Assembly (NCBI GenBank): GCA_963725665.1
Contig: CAVRZA010000011.1
Span: forward strand, 352,001-416,000
Length of the DNA: 64,000 bases
Origin: an uncultured Actinomycetes bacterium
GTDB lineage: Bacteria > Actinomycetota > Thermoleophilia > UBA2241
Direction: 5' to 3'
Shown here: positions 31,831 through 41,045 of the stretch, piece by piece
Layout of the letters: every line of letters starts with the position of its first letter
Position numbering within the stretch: the first letter of the stretch is position 1
Notes under the pieces: model-generated
Told to the model about the DNA's origin: nothing
Databases searched by the model: none
What the model saw: the letters and a program-made list of their open reading frames with translations, nothing else
Translations under genes and position numbers: made by a program

Positions 31831-32109
31831 AACCACTTGTGACGCTGCGCACCTGTCGCAGCTGTAGCGTGCCGCACTCACCAAACCTCAGCGGCTACGG
31901 GCGCTCTGCCGCAGGTCTTCAAAACCCGTGCGAGCCTTGGAAGGCGATAGCTAGCTGGTCTCCTCTGCGCCCAGCCGACTGGGAACCGACGGGCTTCCCG
32001 CCTCCCACATTCCCCTACCGCTTGGGGCGACTCGTTTGCATCGCGGCAACGGGCCCCGCCATCACGACTTCGCGTGGAGGGGCGGCCGCCGGGCCACCCC
32101 CTTGTAGAG

Positions 32110-32141
32110 GACGCGCGGGCCGCTGTGGCGGCCCGCGCGTC
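32110..32141 (-). terminator. Hairpin terminator downstream of the membrane protein gene
   Basis: GACGCGCGGGCCGC-TGTG-GCGGCCCGCGCGTC. Confidence 0.6.
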
Positions 32142-32168
32142 GTGTTCACTCTCGCCTCGGAAGACCGT

Positions 32169-32765
32169 TCAGGCTCGGGCGAGCTCCTCGTCCTTGCCCT
32201 GCACGAGGTAGTAGGCGGCGGCGACGGCCACGACAAAGAACGGCGTGGTCAGGATCGTCAACACGCCGGGGACGGCGGCGGCAATCACGAACCCCACGAT
32301 GATGAGCGCCAAGTGCTCCCAGAAGCCGGCCTTCATGACCATGTCCTTGCTCGTGCTCATGGCCTCGCCCAGGCCCATGCGGCGGTCCACCATGAGCGGG
32401 AACACGTAGATCCAGATGGTGGCCAGCAAAAAGCCGCCGACGATGGTCAGCGACGCCAGGCCGATGAGGATCACCAGCACGAGCGCGGCGGCGAAGTACG
32501 ACCAGAAGCGCCCCAGGCCGGCGAAGATGTCGCCCACGTGCGCCGGCCGTCCGTCCCTGACGCGGCCGATCACCATGCCGTACAGGCCGGCGAACAGCGG
32601 GCCGGCCAGGATGCCGACCGTCAGGATGCTGAGCACGCCGGCGATGAGCGCCCCGATGAGCAGCGGGGCGATGTCCTTGACGAACAATCCCCAGGCCCGC
32701 TTGAAGGCCAGGCCGATGTCGAGGCTGCGACCGGCCTCTCCCTGCGTGGTCGTGATCGAGCTCAT
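32169..32765 (-). CDS. Conserved hypothetical integral membrane protein
   Basis: GAGGAGG RBS, ATG 32765; AFKRAW..GPL.AG..GDIF.G..AMSTS pattern; several TM segments. Confidence 0.82.
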   Translation of the reverse strand: MSSITTTQGEAGRSLDIGLAFKRAWGLFVKDIAPLLIGALIAGVLSILTVGILAGPLFAGLYGMVIGRVRDGRPAHVGDIFAGLGRFWSYFAAALVLVILIGLASLTIVGGFLLATIWIYVFPLMVDRRMGLGEAMSTSKDMVMKAGFWEHLALIIVGFVIAAAVPGVLTILTTPFFVVAVAAAYYLVQGKDEELARA

Positions 32766-33113
32766 GATGTCCTCCTCTTGCGAGAGTAATTGGCCTGTGT
32801 ACAGCTTAGGGGAGGGCATGCCTCGGCGCGTCTTCCGCGCGGAGGAACTTACGGGTGTCCTGAGGGGGATTCATCGCCGGCGCCCAAAGCCTCCCCAGAG
32901 GTAGCGAATGTGCGGACGCTACCTCGCGTGAGGGGGTACGAGAGAAGACGCGGGAGTGAGCCCTGCCGGAGGCGAGATGAGGCATCACAGGTCTTGATGA
33001 CGTGGACGGTGATGAGACCAGCGGCCTGTGCAGGCACATCCGCGAGCTCGCCGCCGAAGCGCCGACCCGCTTCACCGCCTGCTCTGGAGCACCTCAGGCC
33101 AGCGATGCCAGTG

Positions 33114-33749
33114 TCACCGACCGTAGGTCCAAAGGACCATGTCTATCCGTCGCGGTGTCCAAGAATCCGTGTCCAGCACCGCGTTCAGCGATCTCGCCTT
33201 GTTGCGCATGATCTGTGTGAGTACGACGCCGTCAGCGACGGTGAGACCCTCGGGACGCATCCGCTGAACCCCGGCGCGCTCAGGCAAAGACGGCACCTCA
33301 CACAGCGCCTTCACGACGAACTGGTCCACTGTTCCGAAAGCGTGAGGAAAGAGCAGTGACAGAAGTCCGGATCCGCCTGCTGGCCCGAGCCCACCAATCT
33401 CGCAAGCGGTAGCAAGTGCAGCGCTCACAGGGCCTTCGCTCACGCGGAAGATGCGATCACGAATCTCGAGGAGCGAGGAGGGACCAGTCCTTTCGACCTG
33501 CCGCTTGAGAGCCGCGGTGGTTGTCGCGTACCTGTTCGGGGCGGTGTACTTCCACTTGAAGTAGCCGTCCATGAGGAAGTCGAGCCAGCCGACTGCATCA
33601 AGCCTCTGCACCTCGGAGGCATCGAGAGTGTCCATCTCGCGTTCCAGAGCGAGATTGGCTGGCTTTACGAAGGCCCAGTACCGCTCGAGTGCACGATGCC
33701 ATTCCGCAGACTCGATGGACTCCCACAGCTCAGCAATTGGCGGAACCAC
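33114..33749 (-). CDS. Hypothetical protein with HhH-like DNA glycosylase motifs
   Basis: FKWK, IGGLGPAGGSGLLSLLFP..FGTVD, WTPRRIDMVLW; atypical codon usage. Confidence 0.68.
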   Translation of the reverse strand: MVPPIAELWESIESAEWHRALERYWAFVKPANLALEREMDTLDASEVQRLDAVGWLDFLMDGYFKWKYTAPNRYATTTAALKRQVERTGPSSLLEIRDRIFRVSEGPVSAALATACEIGGLGPAGGSGLLSLLFPHAFGTVDQFVVKALCEVPSLPERAGVQRMRPEGLTVADGVVLTQIMRNKARSLNAVLDTDSWTPRRIDMVLWTYGR

Positions 33750-33810
33750 TCACACCCCCCTTTCGTCCCGCCGACAGGATACCGGGTTCCGGGCGACGAG
33801 CGGGCGAACG

Positions 33811-34088
33811 TCAGCGCCGGCTGAAGGGAAGCGGGCTGGCGCGCCAGCCCAGCTTGCGCAGTTGAGCCGCTCGCAGGTCGTCAAGCACGAGGCGGCCGAG
33901 GAAGGCGTTCGGGTAGCCGTCGATGTCGTAGCCAACGCTCTCCACGGTGACGGCGCCCCCCTCGCCGAGGTCGAGGCCTTCACCTTCGCGCGGCAGGAGC
34001 GGCCAGTCGACCGCGCGAACGAAGCTCTCCAGGATGGTCGGGTCTCGTCGCGAACGACCCGCATGAAGGAGATGTTGAAGGCGGGCAT
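33811..34088 (-). pseudogene. Small hypothetical protein (~90 aa) with a frameshift near 34045
   Basis: MPAFNISFMRVVRDE in one frame continues as PTILESFVRAVDWPLLP...GWRASPLPFSRR* in another. Confidence 0.45.
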
Positions 34089-34173
34089 GGCGGGTAGCGT
34101 ACACCGGTTCTCCCAATCCGCTGGCGGGCATACGGTAGAGGCGCCAACTACCGCCCAGCCGGAAGGAGCCACC

Positions 34174-34755
34174 GTGAAGAAGTCGCTCGGTCCCGAGACC
34201 CTGCTCTACCCCACCCCCGTCCTGGTGGTCGGCAGCTACGACGCCGAAGGTCGGGCGAACGCTATGACCGCTGCCTGGGGAGGCGTCGCCTGCTCGCGGC
34301 CGCCCTGCCTCTGCATCTCCTTGCGGGCGGCGACCGCCAGCCACGGGAACATCATGGCGCGCAAGGCATTCACGATCAGCCTGCCGAGTCGCGAACAGGC
34401 GGCCGCGGCCGACTACTTCGGCATCGTCTCGGGACGCAAGGTCGACAAGTTCGCGGCCACCGGCCTGACGGCCGCGGCCGCTGAGTTCGTCGATGCGCCG
34501 TACCTGGCTGAGTTCCCACTGAACATCGAGTGCGAGCTCACCGAAGTGCACGAGCTCGGCCTGCACACCCAGTTCATCGGCCTTATCAAGGACGTCAAGA
34601 TTGACGAGAGCTGCCTCGACGCAAAGGGGCGTCTCGACGTGCGCAAGCTCGATCCCATCGCCTTCGCCATCCCAAGCAGCTACTTCGCGCTGGGCGAGCT
34701 TCTCGGCCCGGCCTACTCCATGGGCAAGGTCTTCATCGCCGCCACGGATGGTTGA
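34174..34755 (+). CDS. Flavin reductase family protein (flavoredoxin-like)
   Basis: LYPTPV, NAMTAAWGG, SGRKVDKF, IECEL, GLHTQFIG; GTG with GAAGGAG RBS. Confidence 0.92.
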   Translation: MKKSLGPETLLYPTPVLVVGSYDAEGRANAMTAAWGGVACSRPPCLCISLRAATASHGNIMARKAFTISLPSREQAAAADYFGIVSGRKVDKFAATGLTAAAAEFVDAPYLAEFPLNIECELTEVHELGLHTQFIGLIKDVKIDESCLDAKGRLDVRKLDPIAFAIPSSYFALGELLGPAYSMGKVFIAATDG

Positions 34756-34885
34756 TCCCCGGGGCACGTTGCAGGAGACCAGGCGATCATGTGGGCCGGC
34801 TGCGGAAGGAGTCGACCGCCGGTCGCCGAGCCACAGAGGAGCCCCGGCCTTGGAACGCGGGGGCGCGACGTAGGAGGTCTGGAGA

Positions 34886-35275
34886 ATGATCGATACGAAA
34901 CCCATCGACGAGTGGCTCGCGCGCTACCGCGGGGCGTGGACAACGGACGATGCCGAGGAGATTGCCGCCCTCTTCAGTCCCACAGCCCGCTACTTCACCG
35001 CCCCCTATCGGGCCCCGTTGGAGGGCCCCGAGGCGGTGACCGCGTACTGGGTGACGCAGGAGGAGTCCGGCATTCCATGGACGTTCGATTACGAGGTGGT
35101 CGCCCGGCAGGGCCTGCAGCAGGCTGACCTCTACGTGGTGCGCGCCGTCACCCGGTACCCCGAAGGCACGAGAGGCGCGAGCGGCCCCGAGGTGTTCCAC
35201 AACCTCTGGCTGGTGACGCTGGCCGACGACGGACGAGCCAGCGAGTTCGTCGAGTACTTCATGCTCGCCGAGTAG
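34886..35275 (+). CDS. SnoaL/NTF2-like protein
   Basis: WLARYRGAW..DD...I.ALF...A.Y..P, NLWLV...DGRASEF.E pattern. Confidence 0.85.
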   Translation: MIDTKPIDEWLARYRGAWTTDDAEEIAALFSPTARYFTAPYRAPLEGPEAVTAYWVTQEESGIPWTFDYEVVARQGLQQADLYVVRAVTRYPEGTRGASGPEVFHNLWLVTLADDGRASEFVEYFMLAE

Positions 35276-35439
35276 CGGACTGGCGCGCCCGAGGCATGGT
35301 CGTCACAGGTTCACGTATCGCGTCGCGCCCTCAACAATGGGGCGTTTGCAGCGTCTCCCGGAAGGCTGCCGACGCAGAGCCGACCGGACACTGCATGCCC
35401 ACGCCGGGATGAAACCGATCGAGGGGTCCGCCGTCGAAG

Positions 35440-35600
35440 ACCGGGCGTCCCCTCCTCTACGATGTGGATCACTTCCGCAAGGTCGCCGATGTCTACGAGA
35501 GGGCGTTCCGCAAGGGAAGTCCTCCTACTAGGGCCGTGGCGCATGAGTTCTCCACGTCACGCTCCGCAGCGGCGAAGTGGGTCGCGAAGTGGAAGGAGGG
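35440..35600 (+). pseudogene. Remnant of an HTH DNA-binding protein (mobile-element type)
   Basis: TGRPLLYDVDHFRKVADVYERA...PTRAVAHEFSTSRSAAAKWV; in-frame stop upstream at 35410 and no convincing start. Confidence 0.5.
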
Positions 35601-35641
35601 GAGGATCGGCCTCGCCCCATTGACATTCCTCTCTCCATATC

Positions 35642-35777
35642 AGGAAACCCACCGAAGGTGTGCCGAGCAGTGGTCGGCCGTGTGCGATTGTGCTGCACAG
35701 TCCAAGGTTCTGCGGAGCGTTTGTGCTGGGCTGTTCAGGCGTGTTGCGCCGTAGTGAGGCGTCTCGTCGGAAATGCG
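35642..35777. repeat. Imperfect direct repeat, copy 2 (~136 bp)
   Basis: Core at 35684-35714 is identical to 28471-28501. Confidence 0.85.
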
Positions 35778-35917
35778 GCGGCAGCAAGCCACACAGGGGG
35801 GGCGCGCGCCTCTGTGCCGCGCCCTTCGGAGCCGCGTGAGGCGTGGGACGTTCCGCGGGGAGCGGGCGCACCGCCGGCCGGACGCGATCGGTCGACGGCC
35901 GGCCAGCGCAGCCCCTG

Positions 35918-36050
35918 TCAGCTCTCGCCGCCGGGCGCCGCCTGGAGCTTCTCCAGCACACGACCCGGGCTGAACGACGCCGGCTTCTGGCGCGGCGGGA
36001 ACTCCTTGAACTCCTTGATGGCCTCCGCCACCACCGCCTGTGCCACACCG
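35918..36050 (-). pseudogene. C-terminal fragment of an arylsulfatase-like gene
   Basis: AQAVVAEAIKEFKEFPPRQKPASFS...VLEKL resembles arylsulfatase C-termini; the upstream body of the gene is absent. Confidence 0.55.
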
Positions 36051-36409
36051 GCCCGCACCAGGTGCCTGCGGCGGTCGAGGCTCGGTTTGAGGCAGCCGTG
36101 GCACTGGCACAAGCTAAGAGGATGCGCTACTGTCTTCCTAGGGTACGCAGAACCATCAAGGCCATCGACGATCAGTCATACGGAGCTGTAGCCGTTGATG
36201 CGCATCTTGTACGTGCACCCCCGTTTGCCCGAGTTCCCCTCGGCTCGAGGCCGTACAGCAAGCGCCGCCTGCCCTCGTATCTTGCGTCGGCGGCCGTCTC
36301 GCCCGGCGATTGATGCCACGCTTCTCTCCATCGCACCAAGGCATGACCGGCACCGCTTGCCCACGGCGGCGCCGAGAACCGGCAGTGCAAGCACTCGGGG
36401 GAGGTGCCC

Positions 36410-36628
36410 TTGCACAACGCAACAGTGGTGTGCCAAGGCTGCGGCAAGGAGTTCTCGTACCAGACGATGTTCGTGGAGACGGTTGGCGTCGCCGTGTGTC
36501 CGTATTGCGGCGTCCGCGACGGCGCAGTGACCCCGCGTGACGAACCCACGTCTTCTCTCAACATGGAGGGGCAGGGCTTCAGCGGACTCTCCGGATCTGC
36601 TGGCTCGAGAATGGGTGCATCGACGTGA
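36410..36628 (+). CDS. Small zinc-ribbon protein
   Basis: GGAGG RBS before TTG 36410; CQGC...CPYC; GTGA overlap with the next gene. Confidence 0.6.
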   Translation: MHNATVVCQGCGKEFSYQTMFVETVGVAVCPYCGVRDGAVTPRDEPTSSLNMEGQGFSGLSGSAGSRMGAST

Positions 36629-38160
36629 CCGAGGACGAAGCTGCGTTTGCCATCGATCGGACGACGATCGACGCCGTCGTCTTCGACATGGACGGGGTGG
36701 TCACCCGCACCGCAGCGGTGCACGCCGCCGCCTGGAGGCAGCTGTTCGACGATTTTCTGGAGAAGCGGGCTGCCGCCGCGGACTTGGAGTGGACTCCCTT
36801 CGATATCGATAGGGACTATCGCGTCTACGTCGACGGCAAGGCCCGATACGACGGCGTCCGCAGCTTCCTTGCCTCGCGCGACATCACGCTGCCGGAGGGC
36901 ACCCCAAGCGACCCACCAGATGTGGAGACGGTCTGCGGGCTCGGCAACCGCAAGAACGGCTACTTCATCGACGTGCTTGAACGCAACGGCGTTGAGCCCT
37001 TCGAGAGCACGGTTCGGCTGGTTCGTTGCCTGCAGCAACTCGGCATCGGCACCGCGATCATCTCGGCCAGCGAGAACGCTACAGCGGTCCTCGAAGCCGC
37101 GGGCGTAGGCACGCTGTTCCCGGTACAGGTCGACGGCCTGGTGGCTCGGAAGCTCGCTCTGCTGGGCAAGCCCGATCCGGCCGTCTTCTTGGAGGCTACG
37201 CGGCAGCTCGACTCCGTCCCGGAACGGGCGATCGTGGTGGAGGATGCGCTCGCTGGGGTCGAGGCGGGGCGACGCGGCGGTTTCGCGCACGTGATCGGCG
37301 TCGACCGCACGGGCTATTCCGATGCGTTGCGCGGATCGGGCGCGGACGTCGTCGTGCCGGACCTCGCCGACGTGACCACCGACCCCCCGACTCTGCCGTC
37401 CGCGCTCACGTGCGCCGCCGACATCGCGCGGCGCATCGGCAAGACGCCGCCGGCGGTCTTCTTGGACTATGATGGCACGCTCACCCCCATCGTCGCGCGG
37501 CCGGAGCTGGCGACGCTGTCCGAAGGGATGGCGGCGGTGCTGCGCGACCTGTCCGCCCGGTGCCCGGTGGCGATCCTCAGTGGTCGCGATCTGGCCGACC
37601 TGCAGCAGATGGTGACTCTCGACGGAATCGTCTACGCCGGCTCGCACGGGTTCGACGTCGACGCCCCCGAGCAGCTCGGCGGGCGGGTACGCCGCGGCGA
37701 GGACTTCGCGGACGTGCTCGCCGCCGCCCGCGCCCGCCTCAAGGACGCGGTCGCGCCCATCCCCAACGCCTGGGTCGAGGACAAGGCGTTCGCCGTGACC
37801 GTCCACTTCCGCCAGGTGTCGCCGGAGGATGTCCCCGCCGTCGAAGCCGCCTTCGCCGCCGTGGCCGACGCCTTCCCGGATTTGCGCCGCACGGGCGGCA
37901 AGAAGGTCCTCGAGCTGCGGCCGAACGTCGAGTGGGACAAGGGCCGTGCACTGCAGATGCTGCTCGAGCGCATCAACCGGAGCGGCCCCCACATCCCGCT
38001 GTTCGTCGGTGACGACGAGACCGATGAAGACGCCTTCCGCGCCGTTGCCGGCAGCGGCATCGGCATCCGCGTGGGCGACCCGCACGTCGCCAGCGCCGCG
38101 GAGTACTTCCTGGCCGACTCCGGCGAGGTGGCGACGTTCCTCGGGAGGCTGGCGACATGA
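36625..38160 (+). CDS. otsB: HAD (beta-PGM-like) fused to trehalose-6-phosphate phosphatase
   Basis: FDMDGVVT and GKPDP (HAD); FLDYDGTL, SGR, YAGSHG, WDKG, GDDETDEDAF (TPP). Confidence 0.9.
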   Translation: MTEDEAAFAIDRTTIDAVVFDMDGVVTRTAAVHAAAWRQLFDDFLEKRAAAADLEWTPFDIDRDYRVYVDGKARYDGVRSFLASRDITLPEGTPSDPPDVETVCGLGNRKNGYFIDVLERNGVEPFESTVRLVRCLQQLGIGTAIISASENATAVLEAAGVGTLFPVQVDGLVARKLALLGKPDPAVFLEATRQLDSVPERAIVVEDALAGVEAGRRGGFAHVIGVDRTGYSDALRGSGADVVVPDLADVTTDPPTLPSALTCAADIARRIGKTPPAVFLDYDGTLTPIVARPELATLSEGMAAVLRDLSARCPVAILSGRDLADLQQMVTLDGIVYAGSHGFDVDAPEQLGGRVRRGEDFADVLAAARARLKDAVAPIPNAWVEDKAFAVTVHFRQVSPEDVPAVEAAFAAVADAFPDLRRTGGKKVLELRPNVEWDKGRALQMLLERINRSGPHIPLFVGDDETDEDAFRAVAGSGIGIRVGDPHVASAAEYFLADSGEVATFLGRLAT

Positions 38161-40721
38161 GGACGAGAATCCCACAGCGTGCTTGGCGACTCACCTACCA
38201 CGGGTTCGACCCGGAGGAAGAGGGGCTGCGCGAGGCGCTCTGTGCGCTCGGCAACGGGTACTTCGTCACTCGCGCCGCGGCGCCAGAAGCTTCCGCCGAC
38301 GAGGTCCACTACCCGGGCACCTACCTCGCCGGCTGCTACAACCGGCTGATCACCGAGGTGCGCGGCCGACCGGTCGAGAACGAGGATCTCGTCAACGTGC
38401 CCAACTGGTTGCCGCTGACGTTCCGGGTCGAGGACGGCGAGTGGTTCCATCTCTCGCAGGTCAAGGTGCGGCGCTACCGCCTCGACCTCGACATGCATAA
38501 GGGCATCCTCACGCGCTTCGTTGCGTTCCGGGACGACGCCGGCAGGCAGACCGAGGTCACCCAGCGGCGCCTCGTCCACATGGGCGACAAGAACGTGGCC
38601 GCGCTCGAGACGGTGATCGTGGCGCGCAACTGGTCTGGACGCATCACGATCCTCTCGGCCCTCGACGGCAGGGGCACCAACGCCGGCGTGCCGCGCTATC
38701 GCGAGCTCGACGGCAGACACCTGGTGCCGCTGAGCACAGAGCGTCAGGCCGACGACAGCATCTGCCTGGTGGCCGAGACCAGCCAGAGTCACGTGCGTAT
38801 CGCGGAGGCGGCGCGCGTGCACCTGCACAGTGGGGGAGCCCCGCGCGAGCTGCACGCGGAGCTCCAGGAACAGTCCGGGTATGTCGCCCTCCACATCCCG
38901 TGTGACCTCAAACAGGATGTGCCCCTCACCGTCGAGAAGACCGTCGCCCTCTTCTCATCCCGCGAGCGCGGGATCTCGGAGCCGTGTTACGCCGCGTGCC
39001 GTAAGCTCGAACGCACCGCCGGATTCACGGAGCTGATGGACACCCAGGCGATGGCCTGGGACCGCCTCTGGCGGCGCTGTGCCATCAGCTTCAACGACCA
39101 CGGTGAGCTCAACCGGACGCTGCACCTGCACATCTTCCACACCCTCCAGACCGTCTCTCCCAACAGCGTCGACCTCGACGCCGGGGTGGGGGCACGCGGC
39201 CTCCACGGCGAGGCGTACCGTGGCCACGTCTTCTGGGACGAGGCCTACATCTTCCCGTTCTTCAATCGCACATTCCCCGAGTCGACCCGGGAACTGCTGA
39301 TGTACCGCTATCGGCGTCTGCCCGAGGCCCGCCGGCTGGCCGACGAGACGAGCGTTGAGGGCGCGCTCTTCCCCTGGCAGAGCGGCAGCGATGGCCGTGA
39401 AGAGACGCAGGTGATCCACCTCAACCCGCAGTCCGGCCGCTGGCTGGCGGACGTCAGCCACCTGCAGCGGCACGTCAATGCAGCCATCGCTTACAACGTC
39501 TGGCAGTACTGGGAGTCCACGCGGGATGTCGAGTTCCTGTGTGCGTACGGTGCCGAGATGCTCCTCGAGATCTCGCGTTTGTTCGCGAGCCTCACCACCT
39601 ACAACGAGGCGCTCGACCGTTACGAGATCCGCGGCGTGATGGGCCCCGATGAGTACCAGACCGGCTATCCGTGGGCCGAGGAGCCGGGGCTCGACAACAA
39701 CGCGTACACCAACGTCATGGCGGTCTGGGTCCTGTCGCGGGCCCTCGACATCCTGCGGCTGCTGCCGGCGCCACGCCGCGACGAACTGGTCGCGACCCTC
39801 GAACTGACTCAGACTGAGTTCGCGCTGTGGGAACGCATCATGCGCAGGATGCTGGTCGTCTTCCACGACGGCGTCATCAGCCAGTTCGAGTACTACGACA
39901 AGCTCGAGGAGTTCGATTGGCACGGCTACACAGCGCGCTACGGCGACATCCAGCGCCTCGACCGGATCCTCGAGAAGGAGGGCGACACGGCCAACCGCTA
40001 CAGGGCGGGAAAGCAAGCGGACGTTCTCATGCTCTTCTACCTCTTCTCGATGGACCAGCTGGCGGAGCTGTTCGCGGGACTCGGCTACTCCCTCGACGAG
40101 GAGACCGTGGCGCGCACCATTCTCTACTATGCCGAGCGCACCTCGCACGGCTCGACGCTCAGCGGCATCGTGCACGCCTGGAGCCTGCGGCAGATGAATC
40201 CCGACCAGTCATGGACCTTCTTCAAGAACGCTTTGCACTCCGACCTGCTCGACATGCAGGGCGGCACCACGCGTGAGGGCATCCATCTCGGGACGATGGC
40301 GGGGACGGTGGACCTGGTCGAGCGCGCCTACGTCGGTCTCGAGATCCGCGACGACGTCCTCTGGTTCGACCCGGACCTGCCGACTGAGGTGGACACGCTG
40401 CGCTACGCGCTCCTCTTTCGCGGGCACTGGATCGACGTCGACGTGGACGGCGACCGGCTCTCGATCGGCCATCGGCGCTCGGCCGCCGGTGCCGTCGCCG
40501 TCGGCCTCGGTGGCAAGATCGAGCTGCTCGAGCCCGGTGCGAACGCGGTGACGACACTCGATCGGCGGCGCGGACAGGCCTCTGCGACTGGTGCCCGTCG
40601 CGAGGGCCCGCCGGACGGGCGAGGCACCCACCGGACGATCCGGCCGCTTGCGTCGGTAGGGCCCAGAGCCGGTCATCGGCCGACCACCGGCGCCCGCCTC
40701 GTGTCACCGCCTGGTCCCTAG
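38157..40721 (+). CDS. GH65 glycoside hydrolase/phosphorylase
   Basis: ARGLHGEAYRGHVFWDE, MGPDEY, KQADV, HGSTLS, EGIHLG motifs. Confidence 0.93.
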   Translation: MRTRIPQRAWRLTYHGFDPEEEGLREALCALGNGYFVTRAAAPEASADEVHYPGTYLAGCYNRLITEVRGRPVENEDLVNVPNWLPLTFRVEDGEWFHLSQVKVRRYRLDLDMHKGILTRFVAFRDDAGRQTEVTQRRLVHMGDKNVAALETVIVARNWSGRITILSALDGRGTNAGVPRYRELDGRHLVPLSTERQADDSICLVAETSQSHVRIAEAARVHLHSGGAPRELHAELQEQSGYVALHIPCDLKQDVPLTVEKTVALFSSRERGISEPCYAACRKLERTAGFTELMDTQAMAWDRLWRRCAISFNDHGELNRTLHLHIFHTLQTVSPNSVDLDAGVGARGLHGEAYRGHVFWDEAYIFPFFNRTFPESTRELLMYRYRRLPEARRLADETSVEGALFPWQSGSDGREETQVIHLNPQSGRWLADVSHLQRHVNAAIAYNVWQYWESTRDVEFLCAYGAEMLLEISRLFASLTTYNEALDRYEIRGVMGPDEYQTGYPWAEEPGLDNNAYTNVMAVWVLSRALDILRLLPAPRRDELVATLELTQTEFALWERIMRRMLVVFHDGVISQFEYYDKLEEFDWHGYTARYGDIQRLDRILEKEGDTANRYRAGKQADVLMLFYLFSMDQLAELFAGLGYSLDEETVARTILYYAERTSHGSTLSGIVHAWSLRQMNPDQSWTFFKNALHSDLLDMQGGTTREGIHLGTMAGTVDLVERAYVGLEIRDDVLWFDPDLPTEVDTLRYALLFRGHWIDVDVDGDRLSIGHRRSAAGAVAVGLGGKIELLEPGANAVTTLDRRRGQASATGARREGPPDGRGTHRTIRPLASVGPRAGHRPTTGARLVSPPGP

Positions 40722-41045
40722 ACAGACCACTCAGTCGGCCGCAATCGCGGCGTTGACACCGACTCGCACGCCCTCCCGGGTCCACCCCCATCATAGTGCG
40801 AGCGACGCCTTTCCACGCGAGTTCTGGCGGGGCGAAGGCGGCGAGGTCGGGACACAGCCAGGAGATCGACGCCAAGCGGGCCTCGGCGACACAGGTCTTG
40901 ATGACCTGTGCCGAGCCGAAGTCTGAGTCCCATGTTGGCCTGCTGCTCGGCCAAGCGACGGTCAAGGATACAGTCGCGCCTCCCGATAGATGAGCTCAGG
41001 TTGGGCGCGCTGGAGGCGCGCCTCGCGAAGAGCGGGAGGTCCGTC

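Noticed and set aside
31827-31833. GCATAAC/GTTATGC integron core-like site at the cyclase truncation point
   Set aside because: No complementary partner box or attC stem nearby and no integrase in the window.
31899-31972. tRNA-Sec-like anticodon arm GGTCTTCAAAACC enclosed by GGGCGC/GCGCCC
   Set aside because: No T-arm GTTCRA and no proper D-arm; at most a decayed remnant, so not called.
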